DNA of 37,229 bases. Origin: Candidatus Uhrbacteria bacterium RIFCSPHIGHO2_02_FULL_53_13 (GTDB taxonomy: Bacteria > Patescibacteriota > Patescibacteriia > UBA9934 > UBA11717). Below, piece after piece: positions 22,231 through 30,935 of this stretch (its first letter is position 1; every line of letters starts with the position of its first letter). Where the stretch lies: the NCBI GenBank assembly GCA_001791035.1, contig MGDX01000006.1:1787-39015 (forward strand), given 5' to 3'. Position numbers and translations under genes: made by a program. Below the pieces are notes generated by a model. The model had not been told where the DNA came from and made no database searches. It worked only from the letters and a program-made list of their open reading frames with translations.

Positions 22231-23559
22231 TTAGATGTGGAGCTCTCTCTTCAGCTGCTGCATGGTGTACCTCCAGTTTTTGCTCCGTACAAGTCGGTTA
22301 TTCCATTCGACGCCAAAGAGCGATGGCGGTCGAATGGTGGGGAGAAACTGTTGGAACCGGCGCCAGGCAAAAAGCCGGTCGTTCTCATCTCCCATGCTAA
22401 ACAATACGTTTGCCGCTACCGACAGCGGCAAGACCTGTATTTCTACAGGATGTCCCGCAATCATCGCGTGGACACGGTGCGCGCGAAAACGCGTGGATGC
22501 GAACGCGCTCTTTGAAGCGGTCGCATCGGCACTCGGCACACGGCCTGGACGCGGCATGGCCGTCAGTCCGGCGAGAGTGACTCCGAGATTGGCAAAGAGC
22601 CACACACCCATCTCATCAAATTCCTCATCGGCAACGACGAGCCGAACGCCCATGGCGTCAGGCGTGTACGTTCGTCCCGACTGCGACTTTGCGCAGAATT
22701 TGAACCACCGCGTTAGGGGACCCTTGACGCGGATCATGATGTACGCCTCAATCGTTCGGTCGTTCCACGGGACGCCTACGCGACATCCGTGAATGTCGGC
22801 AAGCTGCTCCACGGACTGTGCAGACGTTCCTGGCCGCAGAAAGCGACAACACTGAAGCTGGTTGCTCGACATCACGATCGGGAGAGACGTGGGTTCCCAC
22901 GATCCCGTCACCAATTCGTGACTCTCAAAATACGCTCGAACGAGCCGAATCTCGTCATCCGACACGGCGATCGCTCCTCCCGTATCGGTTCCGTCATCGC
23001 TGGCGCCTTCCGGAGTATCGTCGCGCATGCTTTCAAGAAGCCGCGTGCGAAATTCCGGATCGTCGCGCAGGATGATATCGAGTGACTGGAGCGTCATAAG
23101 GAAGATGAGGCGCGCTTCGTAAGCGCGGCGCTGATCCTCCACTGTCCTTGGCGCTTCTTGAGGGAAAGCGGCCGTGCGCAGGCGCACCACCGAGTCGCCG
23201 ATGCCAAGGATTGGCAGGGCAATTTCGTGATAGGCGGGGTCCACGAAACGTCGCACACAGCGGCGCAAGTCGCGCTTCAACTGTCGTGCCAACACGCGGA
23301 ACATTTCTGCGAGCGTATCTAAACCGCGCTCGGTCTGTTCCTCGTCGTCGGCGTACTGCCGTGCGAGCGGCCCAAAGATGAGCCCGAGGGCATGCGACGG
23401 ATCTTCGAGAATCGTCGCCGTCTCACGTTCCAACATGTCAATCAATGCACGCTGGACTTCTGTCAACTGTCTCCAATCCTCGCTGTCCCGATCGATCACG
23501 GGAATCAGGAGGCTGGGCAGTGCCAGGTCCATGTTGTTTCCGGTAATCGGGCGGTCCAT
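22231..23559 (-). CDS. RelA/SpoT-synthetase-domain (small alarmone synthetase / toxSAS-like) protein with an unknown N-terminal domain of about 240 aa
   Basis: The C-terminal part carries IRVKGPLTRWFK (RxKxxx[ST]xxxK), DAMGVRLVV (DxxGxR), FRAHRVH and PVEIQVLP (EIQ) in RSH-synthetase order. There is no HD motif. The coding call is strong (442-aa ORF with its own promoter). The family call rests on motifs only. Confidence 0.6.
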   Translation of the reverse strand: MDRPITGNNMDLALPSLLIPVIDRDSEDWRQLTEVQRALIDMLERETATILEDPSHALGLIFGPLARQYADDEEQTERGLDTLAEMFRVLARQLKRDLRRCVRRFVDPAYHEIALPILGIGDSVVRLRTAAFPQEAPRTVEDQRRAYEARLIFLMTLQSLDIILRDDPEFRTRLLESMRDDTPEGASDDGTDTGGAIAVSDDEIRLVRAYFESHELVTGSWEPTSLPIVMSSNQLQCCRFLRPGTSAQSVEQLADIHGCRVGVPWNDRTIEAYIMIRVKGPLTRWFKFCAKSQSGRTYTPDAMGVRLVVADEEFDEMGVWLFANLGVTLAGLTAMPRPGRVPSADATASKSAFASTRFRAHRVHAMIAGHPVEIQVLPLSVAANVLFSMGDENDRLFAWRRFQQFLPTIRPPSLFGVEWNNRLVRSKNWRYTMQQLKRELHI

Positions 23560-23584
23560 TGTAGGGTACCTTTGATCCGAGCGG

Positions 23585-23613
23585 AGTATCGTCTTTTTTT
23601 GTCAAAATGTCAA
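23585..23613 (-). promoter_or_regulatory. Putative promoter of the SAS-like gene
   Basis: On the minus strand, TTGACA (23613-23608), 17 nt, GATACT (23590-23585), about 25 nt upstream of ATG 23559. Confidence 0.5.
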
Positions 23614-23624
23614 TCTCCTCTCTC

Positions 23625-23662
23625 GTAAAATCAATATCCACCAACACATATCGGTGGATATT
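23625..23662 (-). terminator. Terminator-like hairpin after topA
   Basis: 10-bp stem AATATCCACC/GGTGGATATT (23633-23662), 10-nt loop, followed on the minus strand by GATTTTAC. Confidence 0.5.
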
Positions 23663-23668
23663 GAGTTC

Positions 23669-25924
23669 CTACTTTACGTTTGCCCGTTTGTGTCGAGAAC
23701 GTTTTGGCTTCTTCAAAAGTTCAATGGCTTGTTCGAGCGTGATGTCGAGCACCGTAAAATCGGCCTTGGCTGGAATACTGCGCGATTCCTCGTCGCAAGC
23801 AATGTACGGGCCAAAGCGGCCAACGTGCGCGGTGACTTCAGAGTCTTGATACGTGCCAAGCGTACGCGGAAGGGACAGTAGGGAACTGGCGATTTCAAGC
23901 GTCACGTCGTCCGGCGCCATGCCGCGCAATAAGCTCGCGCGCTTGAGTTTTTGCTTTTTGCCGTCCACCTCTTCTTCCTCTCCCAGTTGCACATACGGAC
24001 CAAAGCGCCCAGTGCGCAGTGTAACGGCTTTTTGCGTTGCCGCGTCCGTGCCAAGCACCTTCGGTTCTTGCAGTGCTTGCTTTGTGCCGTCCTTGTTGAG
24101 CGCGATGGTGTGCTTGCACTCGGGATAATTTGAGCACGCCATAAACTTGCCGAAGCGCCCAAGTTTGATGACCATCGGGCTTTGGCATTTTTCGCACAGC
24201 TCGTCGGTCTTCTCCTCGGTGAGTTCTTTTTTGTTCACCTCCTGCTCTTTTTGCGTGATGCGTTCTTGAAGCGGCTCAAAAAAGTCGCGCACGAGCGGAA
24301 CCCAATCGCGCGCTCCTTCTTCGACGCGATCCAAATCCGCTTCCATGGTGGCCGTAAAATCTTTGTCAACGATGTTGGGAAAGTGCTCGACTAGAAGGTC
24401 GTTGACGACAAACGCAATGTCGGTCGGAAACAGTTTTTTGTTGTCGTCGCGCTCCACATAGCCGCGGTCGATGATGGTTGAAATGGTCGGCGCGTAGGTG
24501 GATGGCCGGCCGATGCCGTTTTCTTCGAGCGTTTTGACGAGCGTCGCGTCCGAGTAGCGCGCCGGCGGTTCGGTAAAGTGCTGCGTTGGCGTGAGGTTTG
24601 AAAGCGCTACGGGGTCGTGCTCTTTGAGTTCGGGAAGAAGCGTTTCTTTGGAGGCATCGGGATACAGCTTCATGTAACCGTCAAACACAATCACATTTCC
24701 GCTCGCGCGAAACGTGCCGTGCTCTCCGACAAGATCAACGCCCTGCTTGCGCAGTTTCGCCGGTGCCATTTGTGTGGCGACCGCGCGCCGCCAAATGAGG
24801 TCGTACAGTTTGAATTGTGTCGGATCTAGGTGCACGCGTACAGAATCTGGCGTGCGCGCCGCGCTTGTGGGGCGAATCGCCTCGTGCGCTTCCTGCGCGC
24901 CTTTCGCGTTTGTCTTGAAATGCCGCGGCTTATCGGCACGATACGCTTGGCCAAACGCCCCCTCTATAAACTCGTGTGCCTCGGACACAAACACATCCGC
25001 CATGTTGAGCGAGTCGGTGCGCATATACGTGATGAGCCCCGTCATACCGTCTTTGCCAAGCGCCACGCCTTCGTACAACTGTTGAGCCACGCGCATGGTT
25101 TGCTTGGAGCTCATGTGCAGTTTGTTGTTGGCGTCTTGTTGGAGCGTCGAGGTTTTGTACGGCGGCTTTGGCTGTTTGGTCTGCTCCTTTGTTTCAATGG
25201 ACGCGACGCGGTAGGTGTCGCTTCGCAAAACGGCTACCATCTCGTGTGCTTCTGCGTCGGTTTTGATGTCCATCTTGCCAACCTTTTTTTCACGATACGT
25301 CTTGAGTTTTGCGTCGAACGGAACGTTGGCATGTACAAATACGGCGTCGAGCGACCAGTATTCTTCGGAAATAAAAGCTTGGCGTTCACGTTCGCGTTCA
25401 ACGATGAATCGCATGGCGACCGATTGCACGCGACCGGCCGACAAACCGCGCGCGACTTTTTTCCATAAAAACGGCGAGAGCGTATAGCCCACCAAGCGGT
25501 CGAGGACGCGGCGGGCTTGTTGAGCTTGAAACAGATCGAGGTTGATGGAGCGCGGATGCGACATGGCCTCGTCAATGGCACGCTTGGTAATTTCGTGAAA
25601 CACGATGCGCTTGGCGGTCTTGGGATTGATCTTCAAAACATGCGCGATATGCCAAGCAATCGCTTCACCTTCGCGATCATCGTCTGTGGCGATATAAACG
25701 TCGTTCGCTTTGCTGGCCGCCGCCTTGAGCTCGCTGACGCGCTTGCGTTTGTCGGGAGGGATCACGTACTTGGGTTCGTAGCCGTGCTCGGTATCCACGC
25801 CGATTTTCGACTTTGGCAAATCGCGGATGTGCCCGTACGAAGACACCACATCAAAAGCGTCGCCGAGCATGCGTTTGATGGTCTTGGCCTTTGTGGGGGA
25901 CTCTACGATGACGAGACGGTTCAT
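23669..25924 (-). CDS. topA: DNA topoisomerase I
   Basis: ATG 25924 gives the Toprim N-terminus MNRLVIVESPTKAKTIKRMLG. Also ..YIATDDDREGEAIAWH.. and C-terminal zinc-ribbon Cys motifs (CEKC..C..C). Confidence 0.93.
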   Translation of the reverse strand: MNRLVIVESPTKAKTIKRMLGDAFDVVSSYGHIRDLPKSKIGVDTEHGYEPKYVIPPDKRKRVSELKAAASKANDVYIATDDDREGEAIAWHIAHVLKINPKTAKRIVFHEITKRAIDEAMSHPRSINLDLFQAQQARRVLDRLVGYTLSPFLWKKVARGLSAGRVQSVAMRFIVERERERQAFISEEYWSLDAVFVHANVPFDAKLKTYREKKVGKMDIKTDAEAHEMVAVLRSDTYRVASIETKEQTKQPKPPYKTSTLQQDANNKLHMSSKQTMRVAQQLYEGVALGKDGMTGLITYMRTDSLNMADVFVSEAHEFIEGAFGQAYRADKPRHFKTNAKGAQEAHEAIRPTSAARTPDSVRVHLDPTQFKLYDLIWRRAVATQMAPAKLRKQGVDLVGEHGTFRASGNVIVFDGYMKLYPDASKETLLPELKEHDPVALSNLTPTQHFTEPPARYSDATLVKTLEENGIGRPSTYAPTISTIIDRGYVERDDNKKLFPTDIAFVVNDLLVEHFPNIVDKDFTATMEADLDRVEEGARDWVPLVRDFFEPLQERITQKEQEVNKKELTEEKTDELCEKCQSPMVIKLGRFGKFMACSNYPECKHTIALNKDGTKQALQEPKVLGTDAATQKAVTLRTGRFGPYVQLGEEEEVDGKKQKLKRASLLRGMAPDDVTLEIASSLLSLPRTLGTYQDSEVTAHVGRFGPYIACDEESRSIPAKADFTVLDITLEQAIELLKKPKRSRHKRANVK

Positions 25925-25955
25925 GGGAAAGTGAGTGGTGAGGAGTGAGTGGTGC

Positions 25956-25984
25956 ATCATGCGCAAACGCGGTGAGATTGTCAA
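25956..25984 (-). promoter_or_regulatory. Putative internal promoter for topA, overlapping the dprA stop codon
   Basis: On the minus strand, TTGACA (25984-25979, containing the dprA TGA), 17 nt, CATGAT (25961-25956). Confidence 0.45.
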
Positions 25985-26856
25985 ACCACGGTGAGCGAAT
26001 ATGTCTGCCGATCAGCCGTCGTGACGCGCCCTTGAAGTTCCAGTTCGGTGAGGACAGCCATCACCTCTCCAATGGGCAGTTGTGTGGCAAAGACAAGGTC
26101 ATCTATAGGCAAGGGGCCATTTTGCAGTGCCGCGGCAATGGCGGATGATTGCGGAGTATTGGCAGGCAGGTTCAGCGTGAGTTGTGTCAAATCGAGCGCG
26201 GTCAAAATGTCCTCAATGGAATTGATGGGGATGGCGCCGTCTTTGATGAGCCGATGCGGACCCTCCGAGAGCGCGGAGTCAATTGGACCGGGCACGGCAA
26301 AGACGAGGCGGTTTTCTTCCATCGCCAAACGCGCGGTGAGCATGGTGCCGGACTTGCCTGTCGCTTCTATGATAACGGTCGCGCGGCTCAAGCCCGCGAT
26401 GAGGCGATTGCGTTTTGGGAACGAGCCGGGATGCGTGGCGGTACCGTCGGGATATTCGGACAGGAGTGTGTTGCCCGTGCTTTCAAGTTGATGTGCAAGT
26501 CCAAGGTGATGTCGAGGTACGATGGAAGCGTCGTCAAGTCCTCCGGGGAGCACGGCGACGGTGCGTCCGTCCGATTCAAGAGCCGCCTTGTGCGCGGCCG
26601 AGTCAACGCCAAACGCGAGGCCCGACACAATCACGGCGCCCGCGCGCGCAAGCGGCGGCACAAGCAAGCGCACGACGCGCGCGCCATACGGACTCATGCG
26701 CCGCGAACCGACGACGCTCACACACAGCGCGTCGTGTGGCGGAAGAACGCCGCGTACAAAAACACGCTGTGGTGGATCGTGGATTTCTTTGAGCAGCGCA
26801 GGGTAGGCCGGATCGTTTTGTAAAATGCTTGAGCGGAGAGATGGTGCATGCGTCAT
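25981..26856 (-). CDS. dprA: DNA processing protein DprA (Smf)
   Basis: ..YP..L..I.DPP..VFVRG......VSVVGSRR.S.YG......L...LA..G..IVSGLA.G.D..AH.. Rossmann-like pattern. ATG 26856 overlaps the pth stop (ATGA). dprA directly upstream of topA is a common arrangement. Confidence 0.88.
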   Translation of the reverse strand: MTHAPSLRSSILQNDPAYPALLKEIHDPPQRVFVRGVLPPHDALCVSVVGSRRMSPYGARVVRLLVPPLARAGAVIVSGLAFGVDSAAHKAALESDGRTVAVLPGGLDDASIVPRHHLGLAHQLESTGNTLLSEYPDGTATHPGSFPKRNRLIAGLSRATVIIEATGKSGTMLTARLAMEENRLVFAVPGPIDSALSEGPHRLIKDGAIPINSIEDILTALDLTQLTLNLPANTPQSSAIAAALQNGPLPIDDLVFATQLPIGEVMAVLTELELQGRVTTADRQTYSLTVV

Positions 26857-27362
26857 AGGGTGTTGAGCAGACGGTTGATTTCTGTGGCGGCACGTTTCAC
26901 GACATCGGGAAGCGCGGCCTCTTGCTCTGCGCTCCACGGTTCAAGCACGTAGCGATCAAGCGGCGCGCTCGGGTTTTGCGGGCGGCCGATGCCGATGCGC
27001 ACGCGCCAAAAGTCCTCACTCCCAAGATGAGCGGTGATGGATTTGAGTCCGTTGTGACCGGCGGTGCCTCCACCGTGCTTGACGCGCACATCGCCAAACG
27101 GAAGATCGGCGTCATCATGTACGACGATGCAGCGCTCCGATGGCACATGGAACCAGTCGCATAGCGCGCGCACGGCTTCGCCCGATCGATTCATGAATGT
27201 TTGCGGTTTGGCAAAAACCGCGCTAGCGGTACGCGTCACGAGCGCCTGTGCCTTCTTTTGCGTTTTCCAATCTGACGCAAACGCATCGAGCGCCAAAAAT
27301 CCTGCGTTGTGTCGCGTGTGCTCGTACTTTGCGCTGGGATTGCCCAAGCCAACCACGAGCAC
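26853..27362 (-). CDS. pth: Peptidyl-tRNA hydrolase
   Basis: ..LVVGLGNPSAKYEHTRHNAGF.. signature. GTG at 27362, 4 nt after the der stop, gives the canonical N-terminus. The ORF-track start at 27476 would overlap der by 110 nt. Confidence 0.85.
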   Translation of the reverse strand: MLVVGLGNPSAKYEHTRHNAGFLALDAFASDWKTQKKAQALVTRTASAVFAKPQTFMNRSGEAVRALCDWFHVPSERCIVVHDDADLPFGDVRVKHGGGTAGHNGLKSITAHLGSEDFWRVRIGIGRPQNPSAPLDRYVLEPWSAEQEAALPDVVKRAATEINRLLNTL

Positions 27363-27366
27363 GGTC

Positions 27367-28725
27367 TCACGACGGCTTTTCGGCGATGGCGCGAATGTTG
27401 ATGGGAGTTCCGGTGAATCCGAACGCTTCCCGAAGACGGTTTTCCAAAAAGCGGACATAGGAAGGATGAAGAACATCGGCGCGACGGCCTTTCACCAAAA
27501 GACCAAACGTCGGAGGGCGCACGCCGAGCTGGCGAAAGTCGAGCACGGTTGGATGCGCCACGCCTTTTCCGCGCGATGGTTTGTGACGGGCGACGGTTTT
27601 ACGGAGGAATTGCTCCAGCTCTTCCGGCGAGACACGATGGACGCGCTCTTGCATGATTGTATCAAATAGATCGAAGAGCTTGTGGATACGCATACGTTCT
27701 GTGGCGGAAACAGTCAAGAGGGGAGCAAAGCGCAAGTGCGGAAGGGCGCGGCGGATGTCGCGCTCGACCTCGTGCACGGTGGACGGCCCTTTGTCTTGCA
27801 CGAGATCCCATTTATTGAGAGCGATCACGCATCCAACGCCGGCCTCTTGAATCAGGCGACCCAAGCGCATTTCCTGCGCGTCAATATCTTTGCCGGCGTC
27901 CAGAACCAGCACGACGATGTCGGCTTGCCGCAAACGCTCGAGCGATTGTTGCACGCCAGCGTGCTCGATGCCGGCTTGCACGCGCGATTTTCGTCGAATG
28001 CCGGCCGTATCAATGAGCAGATACTCGCGCCCGTCGAACTCCACGAGCGTGTCGTTCGGTTCGCGCGTGGTATGGGCAATGGGCGAAGTGATGAACCGAG
28101 GCTCTCCCAGAATTTCATTGATGATGGACGACTTGCCGACGTTGGGGATGCCCACAAGCGCGATGCGCGGAATCGTTCGAGCTTCTTCAAAGTCAATCGG
28201 CGGACGGCCAAGTATGGCGAGCGCATCAAACACTTCGTCCAGCACGTCCCCAAGACCATTTCCGCGGATGGCGCTCACAGGGTGCGGCAGGCCAAACGGT
28301 AGGTTGTACCAATCGGCGTCAAGCGCCGCGGCGGCTTGGCGATCAGCCTTGTTTCCCACAAGGATGACGGGTTTGTTCAAGCCCTTGAGTTTGCGCGCCA
28401 CCTGTAAATCCTGCTCAAGGACGCCGACCTCCAGATCAACGACGAGCAGAATAACATCCGCTTTTTCCATGGCTATTTCTACTTGATGCGTCACTTCTTG
28501 TTCGAACGCGTCGTGACCCGGATGGTCAAGTCCGCCCGTGTCCACTAACAAAAACTGCGCTCCCCGCCACAAAACGGGAGCTTCTTTGCGATCGCGCGTG
28601 GTGCCGGCCTTAGGCGACACAACGGCGCGGTGCGTTTCCGTCAGGCGGTTGAACAGGGTGGACTTGCCAACGTTGGTTCGACCAAGGAGCGCAACGACGG
28701 GAAGGTTGGAGGTGATGGCTTTCAT
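27367..28725 (-). CDS. der: Ribosome-associated GTPase Der (EngA)
   Basis: Two tandem GTPase domains (GRTNVGKSTLFNRL; GIPNVGKSSIINE) plus a KH-like C-terminus. Confidence 0.93.
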   Translation of the reverse strand: MKAITSNLPVVALLGRTNVGKSTLFNRLTETHRAVVSPKAGTTRDRKEAPVLWRGAQFLLVDTGGLDHPGHDAFEQEVTHQVEIAMEKADVILLVVDLEVGVLEQDLQVARKLKGLNKPVILVGNKADRQAAAALDADWYNLPFGLPHPVSAIRGNGLGDVLDEVFDALAILGRPPIDFEEARTIPRIALVGIPNVGKSSIINEILGEPRFITSPIAHTTREPNDTLVEFDGREYLLIDTAGIRRKSRVQAGIEHAGVQQSLERLRQADIVVLVLDAGKDIDAQEMRLGRLIQEAGVGCVIALNKWDLVQDKGPSTVHEVERDIRRALPHLRFAPLLTVSATERMRIHKLFDLFDTIMQERVHRVSPEELEQFLRKTVARHKPSRGKGVAHPTVLDFRQLGVRPPTFGLLVKGRRADVLHPSYVRFLENRLREAFGFTGTPINIRAIAEKPS

Positions 28726-28726
28726 C

Positions 28727-30217
28727 TCATTGCCTTACCAGATAAGAGGAACTTTGTCCAAGAATAATGAGAAAATCCTCCTCGCGTTGTGCGCGGCCGT
28801 CCATGAGTCCTTCGTCGTCGAGCGTTATCGTGCGTGGGGCGATATTGTCGGTAAACAGCCAACCTGTGACCGTCGTTGCCACATCGGCTTTGAGGTATTC
28901 CTGTAGCTCTTTCAGCTCTCTGGGATACGCACCGCCCGAAAAGTCGTAAATGATGGTGTGCGAAAAGTCCCGTGTTTCCGCATTCGCGATGTTTGTGACG
29001 GAAAACCCTTGGCTTTCCAAGAGCAGTGACGTGCGAAACGCGAACCCATTGATGGATGTGCCGTTCTCGATGGCGATGCGCACATTCGCGTTTGAGTGCT
29101 CGGATGGAATAAACGCAAACGCGGACGCCGCTGTTTCTTCAGGTTTTGCCAAGTTGGCGGCAAGCGATCGAATGCTCTGCCAGTCATCATTTTTCGGCAA
29201 AATCACGTATGCTCCGTTCATGGTTGTTTCGTAAAGAAGCCCGTCCGGACTTGTGTCGAGCACGACATGTTGAATCTGATCCTGCTTCACTTCGCTTGCG
29301 TATCGGGCCAAGCGCATCATCTCCCATGTGGAGAGATCGGTGTCTACGTTGTCCGACACCGCCTTGATAAGCTCGCCAATACGCGCGGGGTTTAAAACGG
29401 TTTGAGATGAAAAGAGACGCTCCTTTACGGCCAGGATGATTTTTTGTTGACGCTTGGCGCGCGCAAAGTCGGACCCTTCTCCGTTGGTGCCGTGGCGCGA
29501 TCGTGCAAACATCAGTGCCGTGTCGCCGTCCATGCGTTGCCATCCTTCCTCAAAGCGGATCGTGCGTGTGAGGTAGTCGTCGGTGGGGTAGAGCGAATCC
29601 ACGAATGCGCGTTCCACGTACACGTCTACTCCGCCGAGCGCGTCAATAAAGTCTTCAAAACCGTGAAAATCAACCTTGACGTAATAGTGCACCTCTTGTT
29701 CGAGCATGTCGCCAATCACGTTTGCCGCATATGCGGCGCCGTTTCCCGGGTTCTCCAACTCGCCGAATGCGTTGGCGTGGTTGATTTTGCGCCAGCCCTG
29801 GTCGCCTATCGGAATCGTCAAATCGCGCGGAATGGACAGGAGTCCCACACGGTGTGCCGCCGGATCGAATGTACCGAACATGATCGTGTCCGTGAGCTCG
29901 GGGCCGTCGTGGCCTTCGCCTCCAATGCCGAGCACCACCACGTTGATGCGGCCTTCCGTTTCGCCGACGAGCGGTCGGTCGCCGCTGGTCACAAACGACG
30001 CAATCGATCGCAAAAATCCACGCGGTGTCTCTTGACTCACGTTCAACCAATCAGCGCGCGTGATGGCAAACGAGAACCCAATGCCCACAAGGGCGCCCAC
30101 AAAAACCGTCACAAAAAAGTACGACCCTAATTTCCAAGGGGTCACCGAAGGATCCGGATGGAGATCGAAGTGATCGTCCAAGAGATTGATGCGCGGATCG
30201 TCGTTCATGGCTTGCAT
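28727..30217 (-). CDS. LytR-CpsA-Psr (LCP) family cell-envelope phosphotransferase with a C-terminal LytR_C-like domain
   Basis: N-terminal TM helix, then ..INVVVLGIGGEGHDGPELTDTIM....P......LSIPRD.. and ..ALMFARSRH......DF.RA.RQQ... ATG 30217 (or 30208) is preferred, because 30307 would overlap the lepB promoter and start. Confidence 0.85.
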   Translation of the reverse strand: MQAMNDDPRINLLDDHFDLHPDPSVTPWKLGSYFFVTVFVGALVGIGFSFAITRADWLNVSQETPRGFLRSIASFVTSGDRPLVGETEGRINVVVLGIGGEGHDGPELTDTIMFGTFDPAAHRVGLLSIPRDLTIPIGDQGWRKINHANAFGELENPGNGAAYAANVIGDMLEQEVHYYVKVDFHGFEDFIDALGGVDVYVERAFVDSLYPTDDYLTRTIRFEEGWQRMDGDTALMFARSRHGTNGEGSDFARAKRQQKIILAVKERLFSSQTVLNPARIGELIKAVSDNVDTDLSTWEMMRLARYASEVKQDQIQHVVLDTSPDGLLYETTMNGAYVILPKNDDWQSIRSLAANLAKPEETAASAFAFIPSEHSNANVRIAIENGTSINGFAFRTSLLLESQGFSVTNIANAETRDFSHTIIYDFSGGAYPRELKELQEYLKADVATTVTGWLFTDNIAPRTITLDDEGLMDGRAQREEDFLIILGQSSSYLVRQ

Positions 30218-30240
30218 TGTATGGCAAACGGAGTGCTTGC

Positions 30241-30258
30241 GCAACGCTTGAGCGTTGC
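30241..30258. promoter_or_regulatory. Perfect 18-bp palindrome (candidate operator) in the divergent LCP/lepB control region
   Basis: GCAACGCT-TG-AGCGTTGC: 8-bp arms and a 2-nt spacer. It overlaps the -35 of the lepB promoter. Confidence 0.45.
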
Positions 30259-30276
30259 AGAAAATCGTGATAGTAT
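30248..30276 (+). promoter_or_regulatory. Putative lepB-hisS promoter
   Basis: TTGAGC, 17 nt, TG-a-TAGTAT extended -10. Confidence 0.45.
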
Positions 30277-30305
30277 GGTTTTCATTAGCGATTCTTTTAT
30301 TTTCC

Positions 30306-30926
30306 ATGCCTCACACTCCTCCATCTTCGTCCGTTCTGCGGTCGTTTCTTGAGCGCTGGGTCGGATCGTCCATTACCGCACTTCTTATTTTTACGATCGA
30401 GATCGTTCAGATCGTGGTGATCGCCGCCGCGATCATTATTCCGGTGCGCTACTTTGTTGTTCAACCATTTGTGGTGCGCGGCGCTTCCATGGAACCGACG
30501 TTTACCGATCGCGAGTATCTGCTTGTGGACGAGATTTCGTACCGATTTCATGAGCCGATTCGCGGAGACGTGGTCGTGTTCCGCTACCCCCTTGATCCGA
30601 GCGAGTTTTTTATCAAGCGCGTGGTGGGCGTTCCGGGCGACACGGTGGATGTGCGCAACGGGAAGATCGTCGTCTCCAACGCGAAACATCCAGATGGCGC
30701 GGTGCTCGACGAATCCTATTTGGGTCCGGCGGGCCATACGGGGCTCGACACCCATGTTGTTCTCAATCTGGACGAGTACTTTCTGCTCGGGGACAATCGG
30801 GGGGCGAGCCTTGACTCACGCAACTTCGGTCCGGTAAAAGAGGAGTTCCTTGTCGGAAAGGTGTGGGTTCGCGGCTGGCCACTCCAGCGATTCGGCGCCT
30901 TCCATCCCCCTGAATACAATTTGTGA
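30306..30926 (+). CDS. lepB: Signal peptidase I
   Basis: ..VVRGASMEPT.. (catalytic Ser box), ..GDVVVF......FIKRVVGVPGD.V.. and ..GDNR..S.DSR..G... ATG 30306 lies downstream of the predicted promoter. The TTG at 30255 sits inside the promoter. Confidence 0.88.
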   Translation: MPHTPPSSSVLRSFLERWVGSSITALLIFTIEIVQIVVIAAAIIIPVRYFVVQPFVVRGASMEPTFTDREYLLVDEISYRFHEPIRGDVVVFRYPLDPSEFFIKRVVGVPGDTVDVRNGKIVVSNAKHPDGAVLDESYLGPAGHTGLDTHVVLNLDEYFLLGDNRGASLDSRNFGPVKEEFLVGKVWVRGWPLQRFGAFHPPEYNL

Positions 30927-30935
30927 ACATCATTT

